Shown one piece after another: positions 46,601 through 59,764 of a stretch of DNA of 64,000 nucleotides. A program made the position numbers and the translations under genes. Position 1 is the stretch's first letter; each line of letters starts with the position of its first letter. Source of the stretch: Amphiscolops sp. MND2022 (Eukaryota); assembly GCA_964187785.1 (NCBI GenBank), contig OZ076409.1, positions 49,416,001 to 49,480,000 on the forward strand. Direction: 5' to 3'. The notes under the pieces were generated by a model. The model made no database searches. It saw nothing but the letters and a program-made list of their open reading frames with translations, and had not been told where the DNA came from.

Positions 46601-47613
46601 TCATCATCGGAAGTATCTGGGAAACCAGAACGTCCTCTTGGTAGTGGTGTTCCACAGCGTGGCCTGGACGCAACAACGAGATCATCATCGGAGGAGAGGG
46701 CTCCACTTGTATAATCATCGGTTATTCCTCCCTCACTTTCTGTATCAGCACCGGAGCTACTGGGACCGCCTTGGGTAGGAAGCACGCCTCGAACCATCGA
46801 TTTTCGGAACTGCCCAGGAGTTTGTTTCCCAGCCCCGTAGACAGCATGTAGGACAAGGGAGCGCATGGCATGGATGGATGATTTTACGGTTTCATCCGAT
46901 ATGGTCTTGAGGACGGCGTGTATCTGTGGCTCACTAAATGAAATGGTATTATGGCCTTTGGGCAATTCAATTGGGGCAGAAGAGGAAAAGTGCTTTCTTA
47001 AAACAGCCTGTCCATTAGCTGAGAATTGTCCTGGCAGTTTCACCTCTCTAGTCCCGGACTTTGTGGATACAGGCACTGTACCACTTATATCTTGGCCGGA
47101 GGTACTCTCTGCTGCAGATGGTAATTCAGTACAAGTAATGCTCGAGGTAGGGCGTTTGCGTGTTCCTTCGGTACCCATCTCGTCAAGCAGTTCGCCAGCC
47201 TCGCTAATATCAGAGGTAAAATACGACTTTGCCTTATCGTGTGACTCAAAGTAATTGCCAGTCTCCTTAGAAGTCCCTGGTTGCATTTGATCGAATGAAG
47301 AGGTCTCCTCTCCTAGGCGTTCAAAACCTATCGACTGAGAAACCTTCCCGGGCCCTGCTGTTCTAACTTCAGGCTGTGCCAATGGTGGGAGAAATGAGAT
47401 ATCCAGAGAAGGATCATCACCGGCCAATGCTCGTAAAGTTTTCTCTGCGTAAGAAGTTACGCTCTCTTCAGTGTTTCCACTACTGGATGACTGGTTGGAG
47501 TCAGGACGCATTACCACTACTGGCTCTTTTGGTGCTGTATTAATTTCTTCGGCAACCCCAGAATTCTCTGATGTTGGAAGAATTGTGTTGGTGACTTGTT
47601 CTTCAGACGCCAT
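43613..47613 (-). CDS. Element C antisense multi-exon cargo gene (~1196 aa): disordered N-terminus, C2H2/BED-like zinc finger, hAT-transposase-like body
   Basis: Predicted exons 47613-45883, 45750-45265, 45189-45055, 44962-44881 and 44769-43613. GT-AG introns of 132, 75, 92 and 111 bp (phases 0, 0, 0, 1) give a stop-free frame that aligns with the intron-free core of the B protein. Finger CQICKTNVSIYTKGAREIVRHYQSETH. Confidence 0.8.
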
Positions 47614-48854
47614 GTCTAAATAGAAAGAAATGAATTCAAGCGGCGAGCTTCCTGAGTTAAAATCCATTAGCCGCGTTAAAAATCTTCCGGAAGTAGATTA
47701 GATTGAACACTTGTGAACACTTGTGTTACGTGGACAGGAAGTACTTGAACGAAAAGAGAGCCCTGATCAAGCCTCAAATTAGTTCGAAAATCTAGCCTAA
47801 CTAATGAAAATGTATGAAGAACAACTGACCTGTAAATGTTCCAATGCGGAGGAGTCGGTAGATGATAGTTAAGACAGTAAATCGAGCCGAGCCGACAGCT
47901 AGTTGGAGACGTCCAAAAATGGGCCTAGATGTCGATTTTCCGGGAGAAGCAGTGGAAATCCACGAAGGTGAAGATGAATGGACGCTGAGTCCCAAGATGA
48001 AAGTGGGGTGGAGAAATGGAGAGATGTATAAAATAAACACGACTAAAAGACTAACAAGTGACTAAATACAAAGTGGATAAATATGTTGGTGATTAAATAC
48101 GAAGAAGAAAGAGTAATACGACTGCAATTGAATGTAAAAGAATTGAAAAGGCGAATCAGCAATGTGACAAGATGTCAAGATTGGAGTTCGTGGCTATACA
48201 GTTTGGTGTCAAATTTACAGTTATTTACATTTTACGGCATTATGTGGATAGAGTCTGCCACTTTATCTACATTTCCTTTATTTATTTCGAAAACTTTGGT
48301 ATTTTACAAAATTATTTCATGATTTTATCTTGCTTTATTTTATTTTATATTATTTTCAAGGTCATTTTATATCATTTCCTTATACGGGTTCGCGACCTTG
48401 AGAAGCCATGTTAGCTTGGGAGAAATTTTGCTGCTTTCTTATTGGCTGAGCATATTGATGGTGGACGGCGTGGCTGATCGTCATATCTTCACCCACTTGA
48501 AATCCTCAAGTATCTGATGAGTGTTAATAAACACTCGAGACCGCGCTCTTAAGTTAGAAGTGTTAACTTAGGTGTTGATGGATAGTTAAGGCGGCGCCGA
48601 CAATTACAAAGCAACTCTGCGGCTTGATGAAAGAATTCGAAAAGGAAGAATTTTGTTGTCGAGAAGTTATTACTTGGAGAGGTAGTGGAACCCCGGGAAA
48701 AACGAAACGAAGAGACTCACGGTCTGTCGGAAATAAATCCGCCATTCCTCTCAGTTTCATTCTTGAATTCAGCCGTCCTCTTCAATCATTTCTGAATTGA
48801 AAACCACTAAATTCTTTCAAGATAGCGAAGAAAATATTCAAAAAAAGATTTGAT

Positions 48855-49694
48855 ATGAATAGCCTTGTCTCGCCTTTGTATGACTCCGAACCCGAAAGGA
48901 CCTATCCGGAGGACTTCCAAGGAGCTGCCCCGGGAGATGGGATCATTTACATTTCAAGCGACGAAGAGGAGACGATGGAATGCAGGAGCGTTTCCTCGAT
49001 AACCGATTTCTTGTCCTCCTCGGAGGATGAGTCGGAAGAAGTTGCTCAGATGGCCTTATGCGTCGAAACACAGATGTCCGAGCCCATAGCAATTCCCTAC
49101 ACCTCTTCTTCTGCCGCGAATCAGGCAAACGAACACAGAAGGCCAAACTTGCCTCCGTTTCCTAAGTTCGACCAGACTTACTTTAGCCTGGGGAGAGGCA
49201 ATGGGCCCCTAAGGGCAGACAGTAGAATTAAGCGGAACCACCCGATAAACTTGTGCCGCAATCTTGTCCCGATGGTCGATACGCCACTATCCCCACCAGA
49301 TGCAGACAGAGGACAATACTGCCCTCAACCAACATCGAGTGGGTCTTACGCATCAGATGCCCCGACGATTGATTCTATGGCCAATCATTTTAATGACTTG
49401 GAGATCGGGGTGCCTACAGCTGAATCGACCTATTCGGACTGTGTGATCTGTGGTAAATCAACACATCAAATACGCGAGGAAGCTGCAGATGATTACATCA
49501 GTAAGACGGTCGCAGTGGGAGAAACGCTAGCGGAGACGCAAGCAAGAAAGAGAGCATTTCTAGACGGGATGACAGCCGGAACTTTTCTTCTCTTGCCAGG
49601 GGGAGTGTCGCAGGCTCCCGCCTGCGATGGGAACTTTTACACCATCAATTACAGCTGTTTTCGCGCCCTCCCAGGTACTCTACCAATAAACTAG
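48855..49694 (+). CDS. Element C ORF3 (279 aa), acidic/S-rich with a CxxC motif, ending inside the 3' LTR
   Basis: ATG-initiated ORF that reads through the PPT and 89 nt into the LTR. Its C-terminal SQAxACDG...PGTLPI is conserved in both solo LTRs. Confidence 0.75.
   Translation: MNSLVSPLYDSEPERTYPEDFQGAAPGDGIIYISSDEEETMECRSVSSITDFLSSSEDESEEVAQMALCVETQMSEPIAIPYTSSSAANQANEHRRPNLPPFPKFDQTYFSLGRGNGPLRADSRIKRNHPINLCRNLVPMVDTPLSPPDADRGQYCPQPTSSGSYASDAPTIDSMANHFNDLEIGVPTAESTYSDCVICGKSTHQIREEAADDYISKTVAVGETLAETQARKRAFLDGMTAGTFLLLPGGVSQAPACDGNFYTINYSCFRALPGTLPIN
49598..49605 (+). promoter_or_regulatory. Polypurine tract of element C
   Basis: AGGGGGAG directly before the 3' LTR TG. Confidence 0.8.
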
Positions 49695-51236
49695 AGGAAA
49701 GGACCATGTGTCCCATTGTCATGACGGGACAAAACTTCAAACTGAGCTTGTAATATTTTTACGGCATGTCTATCATTCTATTTTCAGTTTTGACAGCCTT
49801 ATATATATAATCTTGTGCAAATTAGTAATCGGAAATACCATTTGGTTATTTGAAAACTTTGAAGTTGATTTTGATATATTGATGCATGTAAATAATGTAT
49901 GTTTAAATGTGTTAGCTAAGAAATTGGACACCAAGGCGTACAGGCAAAGGAAACGAGTTCAAATGTTTCCTTTCCTGTCTCGCTGGACACGCAGTCCGTT
50001 CAAATTCTTAGCCAATCAGAACACGCCATTCATTTCATTCACTGTGCGCAGTACTCTAAATTAAAGGACTCAAAGGCCACGCGCCGTCAGCTAGCAGTAA
50101 TTTGCTGCCTATTTACGGTAAATGGACACTGAGTCCAAATTGAAGTAAAGTGCAATTTACAGTGGTAAATAAAGGCTATGATTGGTGTTTCTAATAAATA
50201 CTCGTTTTGATGAAGATTACTGGACCATTTGTACCATTTGATGCTAGATACTAATAATTTACATGAATACTCAGATTAATGAATTGGTACATGTAAGTTA
50301 TGGTTGATCAAATGTAATTGCATGTAATGTTGCTTAACCTCACACATGAAAGGCCTTGAAGGATGCTTGGACCTACAATCCTTCTATATATGGAATTGTT
50401 GAAGGCGCTTAAATAAATCACCCCTTTGAAGTGACCCTTTCGTCATGCCGCCTTCATGGCTATAAATAGTAGGTGCTATTTTTAGATAGCTGTGAAGGCT
50501 ATTTTTAGAACGTGACCCTCATTATTTTGCAAGTCATGTAAACCTGAGTATATATACCGCGGACCCTAGGTCCCAAGGACTTTTTCAATTTCCTTGATAC
50601 CGTAATACTCAAACTTGTAAAATCGTTCCAACATACTCTGTTTGCAAGCCTGAGAACTTAATTTAAATTCTTACCTCTTGCAATAAACTCTTATGCCTTC
50701 CACAAGAAGACAGAAAGCGAAAGCTAGAAAATCCAAAGAGATGGACATGTTGTCCGATATGGACAATTTAGACGTGATGATAGGGAGTGAAAATCCTTTA
50801 GAAAGAGAGTTAGCAGATGTAATAGACCAATCTTCCATTAATGGTGACATAGAAACTGATAGTCACTCGAGAAATGATCTTGGAGATTTCATTCAAGGAA
50901 ATGAGCCTCATGGTCGAAATGACATAAGACAATCCTTTGAAACCCTTTCAAATGAATTTAATCTTAGGTTATCTCAAGAGATGGATTCCATGATGGCCAT
51001 GGTACATAGTCAGATAAATAGAGCAATCAGTACTGCCATATCAGAGAAGGTGTTACCGGAGATTCAGAATATTGTGAGTTCAATGTCTTCCTCTGGAAAC
51101 AGGGACACTGAGGCTAGCATGTCCCCTGACAGTCAGGAAAATAGGGAAAACCCATCTGGCTTGAAAACAAAATTATTGAAAAAGGATTCACGGTCCGTTG
51201 GTGATTTGAGAGACACCACGGGACGTGGCTCTTACA
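49606..51236 (+). repeat. Element C 3' LTR (1631 bp)
   Basis: Only one difference from the 5' LTR noticed by eye (36641 G vs 50793 A). Retains an open Gag N-terminal frame, 50693-51313. Confidence 0.97.
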
Positions 51237-51389
51237 CGTATCATCTTGAGGTTGTTTTGGTCTCTGATAATGTTTTTGAACAATTCCTTTATTATTATCA
51301 TTTTAGCATGTGAAGTTCTGGGGAACGATACGAATGAAGAGAATTTCTTTTCAACTCTTTTCAATGTGACCTTTTGTTGTATTCTCATA

Positions 51390-54000
51390 TGTTTTTAAAA
51401 GAATCGATCATAATACTGTTTTCACTGAGTACACTTTGGCTTACTGAGCTCCATTAACATAATGATAAACAAGATAAAAGCAGGTACTTCAGACAGCCGG
51501 AGTGTAATTAAGACAACATGATAAAGATCATAGGTTCATCGTCTAGCGTTTGATATCTAACTGCTACATTCCCCCCTTCGTCATTCGACGAGAGTTGGCC
51601 TACGGGGGTATCTTGTTTTTCTTTCTGGCGGTTTTCCGTCCATGGCTCTGCGTTGGTTTCCGCGGTAGTCCGGGTTAGCTCTAGGTTTGATATCCGTTTT
51701 TCGTTTGTTTCCGGAATGGTTCATTTACCGGTGGTACCGGTTAGTAGCTCGGGCTTTCGCCCATGCCTGGATTGTTTTTTGGGAATGTTGGCTGATTCCA
51801 GAACATTCAGCTATTTGACGGTGTTTGCTGTAATCAAATGGCACTGGCTTGTTCAGTCACATGATGGGGTTCGTTTTTGTCATTCGTGTAGATCTACGCA
51901 GGTAATGTTCTTTGATGTCAAGTTCTATTTCAGTACCTGAACATAGGTTGCATAGGTAGTACCTGAACATCATTTCTATTTCAGAAGTTTTCATGTCTAA
52001 ATTGTTTTCTACGTTTCCTTCTTCCGGTATTGGCGTTATTAGTCCAGAGCCGCTGTCTGATTCTGGCTATTTGTTTTCTTCACTAGTTTTTGCGTTTTTG
52101 CAGATTTTATCAACCGGCCAACCGGTCCGCGTAGTCCAGTTCCCCTGTTGTTCGACTCCTGTACAAATTCAAAAATACTGGTATGTTTTTTATGTAGGGT
52201 TTTTATAGGGAGTCGTGACGATATATTTAGTGCCCGATATAGCTACTTGTGGATTGGCGGTAGATTCCCAGTTTTATACTGTATCGCCATCTTACCATTA
52301 AAAGTCTGGATGCTGCGAAAGAATCGACCGCGTCCATTATGCTTTTATTTTCATTTCCGAAGAAATTGTGTGACTGTTTGGCGTGTTGTTAATGCAATCA
52401 ATGGCAGTTTGTTCACGCGTTTTGAATTGATTCGGTTCGATATTTGTTTTGTGTGGCGTTGCGTTCGCTATATCACGTTCTGATTGGTTGCATTGTTGCT
52501 AAGACAAGCATAATTCGATACGAATTTGTAGTATGCTACTATTTTGTTGATAACCTATGTTTCGTCGTTTGCGTCATCCGCTTGCGATGGTGCGGTTGGA
52601 TTTCTGTTGATTAAATCACTGAGTGCTATGTGTTTGCCGGCAACATGGCTGACAGTAACAGGGAAATGCGCTAATTGTTCCAGCCACCTTGTTTACCGTG
52701 CGCTATATGTTTTGTTGGATCAATTAGGTTTAACAAATGGTTCTATTGCTTGACGATCTCTGAGCAGCGTCATCAGTTTTCTGTCAGTATCTATAGACGA
52801 AAATGTTCTACTGCCAGTAGTTTCAATTCTTTCATGGCATACTACATTTTTGTTTTAGAGTACCGCTCGGTTGCTCTCACAGGGTCGAACTTTGATATCC
52901 AGATTTCGTTTGGGTCCATCCGCAACTTCTTTGGAGATACGTGATATCAACTCTTCCTTGTTGGGCGTTTGCACTTTTCCTTTCACTGTTATTTCATTCA
53001 GTTTCCGAGAGTGTGGGACTATTTTTTACTGATTTGTCTTTAATTTCTGTAGTTACTGCTGGACTTCTACCACAGGTTTCATCGGTTTTTGACTTTATTT
53101 TTCCGATGTGCCATTGTTATTCTAACTGTTCGGTTTCCTTTTCAACTGAAGGTTGTAAATGGATTGGTCTTGGTCTACTCTGTTGCTGTTTTGGTGCTGC
53201 CGTTACTTTCAATTGAATGTCTACGTTTACGTTTTCAATCGTATGAGTTTCTGTTAACAAATTGTGAACCCTACGTTTTAGTTTTGTTATGTCCGGGTCC
53301 GTTGTGATTCCCGGGTCCAATAAATGGTTGAATTTTGAGATGTTTTTGTCAGTTTCTAAGATGATGCGCAGCTTTCTCATCCAATGTAGTCCGAGTAGTG
53401 GGCGAGTTTCTATAGGTGTTATCAATAACTCCAATTGCTTCTTTATCCGGTCAATTTCTAGGTTGGTGAACAACAGCATTTGGCGAAGTGTCCGATTTGT
53501 TTTGCACTTTGAGCTTTTCTTCCCTCTTGTCGGACAGTCATCTTGTTTGGACCAGTTTGGTGCCGTCTGCTGCACTCCAGTTTTTCAGTTGTGGGGTTTC
53601 GATCTGGTTGTTTGTTTGTGTGTTTGCTTTTTCTTTTTCCCACGTATTGGATTGTCTTGTCTTCTTTAGTTTCTGGTGAGTCGTTTAGCGTTTCTCACAA
53701 ATACTCGTGTATGTAATCAGGTAATGCTTCGACCAAGGCATCACTTTTTTAAACTGATAATCTACTATGGATTTTCCTATCAGTGATAGAATTTTTGAGG
53801 CCAAATTCTTTTTACCTCTAGGATACGTTTGCAAACTAACGTTTTCCTTGGCTAATTGCAAGTTAGCCTGACTGCGCCTTGTTGTAATCTCAGATGTTAA
53901 TAAAAGAATCGATGATAATACTATACTGCTCCGTTTACATTATGATAGGTAAAATAACATGTAAATCAGACAGTCTAGGTTTAATTAAAATAACATGAAC
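51390..54000 (-). mobile_element. Element F: heavily decayed small-LTR Gypsy element related to E (boundaries approximate)
   Basis: Diverged direct repeats near 51395-51520 and 53900-54000, minus-strand PPT at ~51570-51578, and ORF 53117-53575 similar to E (PNWSKQ, PLLGLHWMRKL, RPIHLQPSVEKE). Confidence 0.7.
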
Positions 54001-54499
54001 TCTTGCATGATGATCTGTGAGCAGTTCTCTGTATATATAAGCGAAAATGTTTTGACCCCCTTACGACTGGCAGTTGTTCCTTTTCAATTTTGGAATAATA
54101 CGTTTCTGTTTTAGATTACCGTTCGGTTGCTCTTGCCAGAATGTTGCGCCCAGTCATTTCATGCTAGAATCCGTGTTAATTTAGTTAGGATAATTAGAGT
54201 TCTAGTGCGCCAAACACGCTGGTTCCATGACTTCATGATTCAGATTTTCGAACGCTTTAGATCCCGTTCGTTATCGTTTCATGGTAATTGTCTCAAAATC
54301 TCCGTCTGTTTTGGATGGTTTTCAATGTATTTGGATAGGTATTGAATTGCGCCCAAAAAAGATGTTAATGTTTTTAAGGCGACGAGCGAAGCGAGACACC
54401 TTATTGTTTGCGTCTGTTTTTTTTTGCCAAAACGTGACATCCCTCTGCATTAGTCAAAGGTTCGGCTATTTTTCTCCAAGCCTATTTCTACGAGACAAT

Positions 54500-55480
54500 T
54501 CAAAACTTTGAAAACAGAACCGCAACTGAATGCCCTTTCTGGCCATATGAAAAGATTCCGAAAGTTTTCCGCCTGGGCGATTTAATTAGCTTTGAAAACA
54601 CGATTTTTGCAAAAATTTCAAGGGTTTTTTTTCCAATTTTGTGTAAATTTACCATTTGAACCATATCGAACCGTCTCAATATGGGTACCAATTGACGCAA
54701 AAGGAAGTCTTTTTTAAGGTCGAGAAAGTTTCATTATCTTACAATTATTTCAATTATTGGGCGTTGAGAAAATGGCGAATAAATATCGGACTTCTTGTGG
54801 GGTATTTCGCGGGAAAAATTGTTTTTTTTTTGCAAAAAAGGTGTATTTTGACGTACCCTATGCAATTATGGGTGCTTGGGCGCAATTCCGTAGAACCCAT
54901 TACTCCTGGACCCTCTCGAAGATGTTCAGAGTTTTTTAGGCCGGCGCGACTGTTAAAGCTTCGGAAACATGAAATTTCTTATACATTTAAAAGCTTTTGC
55001 CGATTTTTCTTATTTTCGGCTGATAAACCATATCAAACCGGCCAAAAATAGGCCTCAGCTGACGTATCAGGACGCCTCATTCCAGTGGCTGAAGGTTTTA
55101 TTACTGGGCGTTGAAAAATGGCAATTAAAATTGAGTTTTTCTTGGGTGTTTTTGCGAAAAACACTCTAACGCTTATTTTGACATTCCTATTTGTATATGC
55201 CTAGGCCATTTTCCGACAAACCATTGCTCCGAAGCTATCCGAATTATCAGAAAAACTACTACCATTGATTACTTTTCTGAAAATGTAAAATTTCTACGGA
55301 AATTTTCTATCAGCGCGATTTAATTAGCTTCGGATGAATTTTTGATTACTTTACAGTTTTCGTTGATTTTGCTAATTTCGTTACTTGAACCACGTCAAAC
55401 CGGCCCAATATACGGAGCAACTGACACTGGCGGATGTTATATTCAATCTGGTGAAAGTTTCATCCTAACATTATTTGTCA
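54500..55480. repeat. Degenerate tandem repeat, about three units of ~365 bp
   Basis: Recurrent motifs CCATATC(G/A)AACCG at ~54661, 55029 and 55390, GGCGTTGA(G/A)AAATGGC, and GCGATTTAATTAGCTT. Confidence 0.55.
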
Positions 55481-58400
55481 TTGCGAAAATGGTTGTTGGA
55501 AATCGGATTTTTTTTGGGTTTTTATTGAAAAATTGCTTAGCGTGTTCTCGCTTTTCACTTCTGATGTATCAGCGGTAATTCCACCTGATATCACACCTGA
55601 GTAGGTCTCCAAATTTGAAAATTAAAAAGGACACTTTGATTAGACATATATAGACCAAAAACTTTTCATTTCTCAATTTTTTTGATCAATTGTAAATTTG
55701 TTGTTTTTCCCTACTTCCAAATGGTAATCGTGTCAATAGCTTCCTATTGCTTCCTTCAATCTATTCCTATTTGGTCTTGACAGTTCACTTGTGTAGCTGT
55801 AAAATTTCGGTTTATGTTAAATGCTTTATCTAGCATCTACTGCCGCAGAGATTACTGTAATTCACATCGTCTCGTACAAGTGACCTACCCAACGCTCTTT
55901 GACATAATACAATGAAAGATCATAGGATCCCTGGACACGAGCTGGATTCTAATTTTCCTTGCTGAATAATTTGTAGCCTCGAAGAGATCGTCTGCTCGGA
56001 GCCGTCGCGCAATGGCAGTTGCGCCTATGTTTTGGTCTTATTTTTTCGGGGTTTTTTTTAGCGAACAGCTTGTCTTGTAACAGTCTGATACCATTTTAGT
56101 CGATCTTATGACCGATGCATCTATTTCTGTTTCGATTAGTTCGGATTTGTTTTCGCTCAATATATAACACAACTGGCATTTTATAGTTTCGTTAATAACG
56201 TCTATTTGTTCGTCCATGTGTTTTTGTTGTGCATGGCGTACAACGTCAACAAGGCCGATAAGTGCATTTTTCATGAGAGAACGATACTAGCAGTACTTCA
56301 GCGTGAGAAGATGCAAAGGTTCGAGGGAACTTCCACACACCATGGTGGGACTAATTAGTGAAGAATGTTTCCGAAAAAGTCGTACAATACCAAAAAACCA
56401 AGTGTTGTCAACTCAAAAATCAAAAAGGGTTGTCATTTAGTGAAATATAAAAAAAATCTTCATGAGAGTCGCGCAGTTCCAAAAATTTCAAACGGAAACC
56501 CTTTGGACTCGTCTTGTTTTGTCCAACTCGGAGTTCGATCGCGGGGTTCTCCCAGCCCCAGCCACGCACAAGCATGCGCCAACCACTCAGCCACGTATAA
56601 TAACTACTTTTATCCAGAAAAAAAAACAAAAAATAGCAGTGTTTCTGCGGTTTGGTTTGTTTTTCTTTGCATTGAAACGCCCTGAGCACCCAATCTTCTG
56701 TCTGTTAACACATATATTTGTGTGACGTCTTTGGAATGCCTTATTATAATCATAAACTCGAACTCATTTTAGAGTGTATTAGAATGGTTGTATTAGTTGA
56801 TCAATAATACCTTGAGCCGTTCTAAAATAGATGCAATTGATTGGCTGGGAGCACTGTAGTGTTGATCAGGAGGTGTGGCACTTATGCAGTATTCCAATTT
56901 CGATGATTTCCGACTCAGGTATTCAAAGTTCGAGCCCCAGGCGTTGCCATTACTGCTTCTTGAATTCAGAAAGTTTTGTGACGGTTTTGATGTAATGTCT
57001 TTGCTCTGAAACAACAAAAATTATACCAATTATAACCAACAAGTAAGTATTGTAATTGCGTTCAAAAAACGAAAGACTCTAAATTCTGACTAGAAAATTC
57101 ATCTATTCATCAGGGCCTTCAAATTTTATTTAGTAAATTGGGTGACAATTCATCTTTAATATAACCTTTTTTATGTAAATACGATAAAAACTCTACGGCA
57201 TGTATGAGTACCAAATTCAGTTTTTTCTTTGATTCGAATTTGTAGAATTTTCAGCATCATCTATTGGAGGAGCTTTATCTGATATAATCTCGTACCTTGT
57301 CTTGACAAAAACCCAAGCTAAACTAATCTGCTTCAATCCCTGTACTGCTGTCACAAAATAAATAGAACTGATAATAACCTATCTTCAAAGTTAATTAGTT
57401 AATTTCCCGAGTAATTTCATGTTTATTAAACCAAGACATTCTCATCTCCGCAAAATTAAGCTCGCTTCCGTCTTTCTGAATTGCACGGTATCAGAATTCA
57501 GAGGGAAAAGAGAAAGAGAGTGGAAAAAGGGCATCCAAAGTGAAAATGTGGAATTTTTGGGGGTATTTGCAGTTAATAGGATACGGGGATAACCGAGTCA
57601 GACAACTGGAAGTAAGTCAGTGGAAATGCAGTTGGTCTAAATTTCGACATAAGACTCCTCTTTGCCAAATTGGAATTATTTCGCGACGGGTATTTCCTTT
57701 ACTGAGTCTTCATTTAATTATGTGTCGGCGGGGGAGCGAAGAATTTGACACACAAGATTAATTAGTTTAAAATGAAAGTCACTTGAAAAATAGTTGCAAT
57801 AGTCACTTGAAAAAATAGTTGTGACGTAATGAGTGTTGGTATTCACTCTATAGTCCAAGTCAAAGGTGTCTGCGCAGCAAGGGGAAAGGTGAGTTGACCG
57901 CAACGGCCATTCAAGTGCGAAATTACTGAATTTATAATTTTATAATCAATCGATGAACCTAATACCCAATTATTCAAGAAAACAAGAACGGTTAATACTC
58001 TGTATTAATAAGCATTGCAGCACTTCTGATTGAAGTTCTATAAAAACCTCAATCGAATCAGGCAGAAAAGTAAAGTTATTGTTCATGATGTTCTTCGTGC
58101 TATTTTGAAAGAAAAATAAGCCAGAAATGCACAATGAAGCATTGTTTTTTGATAAATCAACGAATACCTAGGTTTGTTTCCTGAATAAATCATTTATGAT
58201 GAGACCTTCAATTTGGCTTCCGATTTCAATGACACTTGGATTTCCGTTTTTCATATATAAGTATAATTAATTAACACAGGTACTTTTCGTCATCGAGGGT
58301 GCATATTCTAGTAGCACTTTGACGTTGTTTGTTATCGACCTTTTCCTAAAATTAACTCCAACAATGACAGTCTCTACTCTGGGAAACTTCATCCATCTTG

Positions 58401-58631
58401 ATGAAATGCTGAGTACAATTTGCCAAGAAACCTATAAGAGCATTAATGATATTTCCAAAATTAGAAATCGGAATATCAAAGCAGGTCATTGCTGGAAATT
58501 TTTTGGGACGTTTGGAAAGTACTTTAATGGCATCGCTAAAAAAGAAAAGTCCAGGAAACAATTTCAATATTATACCTGGCAAGACGTGAAAAATGGAAAA
58601 AAAGGTTAATTTCAATTTATGTACGTTATAA

Positions 58632-59628
58632 CCACAGTCGAATTCCCATACATTTTTTGCAAGAATCTTGCAGAAGTGGTACCTATCAGACACTATCTGC
58701 AAGAATTTTGCAAGTATCTTACATTTCAGACAAACCTGTCAGGTTCTGGCAGATCAGACATTTCTTGCAGAATCAGACGTTTGCAAGATTCTTGGATGGA
58801 TGTTGCAAGACTGTGTCCAAAAATTGAAAGAAATTCTGCACGAAAATGTCGAAAATGTAGGGGAAAAGTCCAGATTTTTTCTCAATTTTTGACCTAGAAT
58901 ATGTTCAAAATGAATGAAAATGCCTGGTATATGGAGTCGCGCGGGCTTAAATGTGACCGAATTTGTTGAAAAATGAGTTGTATAATTTAGAACTACCGAT
59001 TTTGGGAGCTGAACGTTTGCCACGATGGTGAACTAGGACAGACGGTTGACCCGCGTCCTAACTTGCGAGAATCTGCAGGAGCTACTCCAACTTACATGTA
59101 CAGTGCGACGAAACATACGTCAGTTCTTCCAGAAAATATACAGGTGTAAACAATATCTGCTACTGCTATATAATAGGTGAAGCCCAGAAGGTAATCTTAT
59201 TCTCATGGAAACGGGAGCAGCAGACTACCGCCTGAGTAATTCGTCAAGGTTTGGACATTCGGTCCACTTGACAGCAACAAACTTGAATCACGTATGTCGA
59301 ACGAACTCTTTTGCTGTAATCTTTGAATACGTGAACATGTTTATGTTTAACATCGTCTATATTTGTTTTGCTGATGTTGTCAAAACCTTTCAATTGGAAA
59401 ATTTCAAACTCTTTTTCCATGGTACTTCTAAAATTCAGGCACTTTCTTCCAAGTTACTTTCAAGATCAGGCATTTTCTTTCAAGTTACCTCTAAGATCCA
59501 CACATGTCTTGCAAGAGACTTTTCCAACGTCTTCCAAGATACCCGCAAGAATAATGCATGGTCTTGCAAGATATTGGAAATAAAATCTGACAGATTCTTG
59601 CAGAAAATGTATGGAAGTTCGACTGGGG
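58632..59628. mobile_element. ~1 kb non-autonomous TIR element (MITE-like) with CTTGCAAGA subrepeats
   Basis: Imperfect ~40-bp TIRs: CCACAGTCGAATTCCCATACATTTTTTGCAAGAATC at the left, and the reverse complement CCCCAGTCGAACTTCCATACATTTTCTGCAAGAATC at the right. Confidence 0.75.
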
Positions 59629-59764
59629 AACTCAAGGTTTCGCAGAAACGAGCGATATGTACGTTATATCCAAAGATATGCGTTGTTGCCGCAACACGAG
59701 ACTGATATCAGTATACTATAGATTCAAAGGAGAAAAAGTTTGGACTCTTGAAAAAGAGCAATAT

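Larger units (their letters stand above)
35454..51236 (+). mobile_element. Element C: complete, apparently intact 15.8 kb Ty3/Gypsy LTR retrotransposon with extra cargo genes
   Basis: 1631-bp LTRs with TG...CA termini, TSD CGTAT (35449-35453 and 51237-51241), PBS, PPT, intact gag and pol. Confidence 0.97.

Noticed and set aside
56038..58609. Possible host exons (e.g. 56811-57005 minus, 58319-58609 plus)
   Set aside because: Splice-like boundaries exist, but there is no recognisable domain or consistent gene model.
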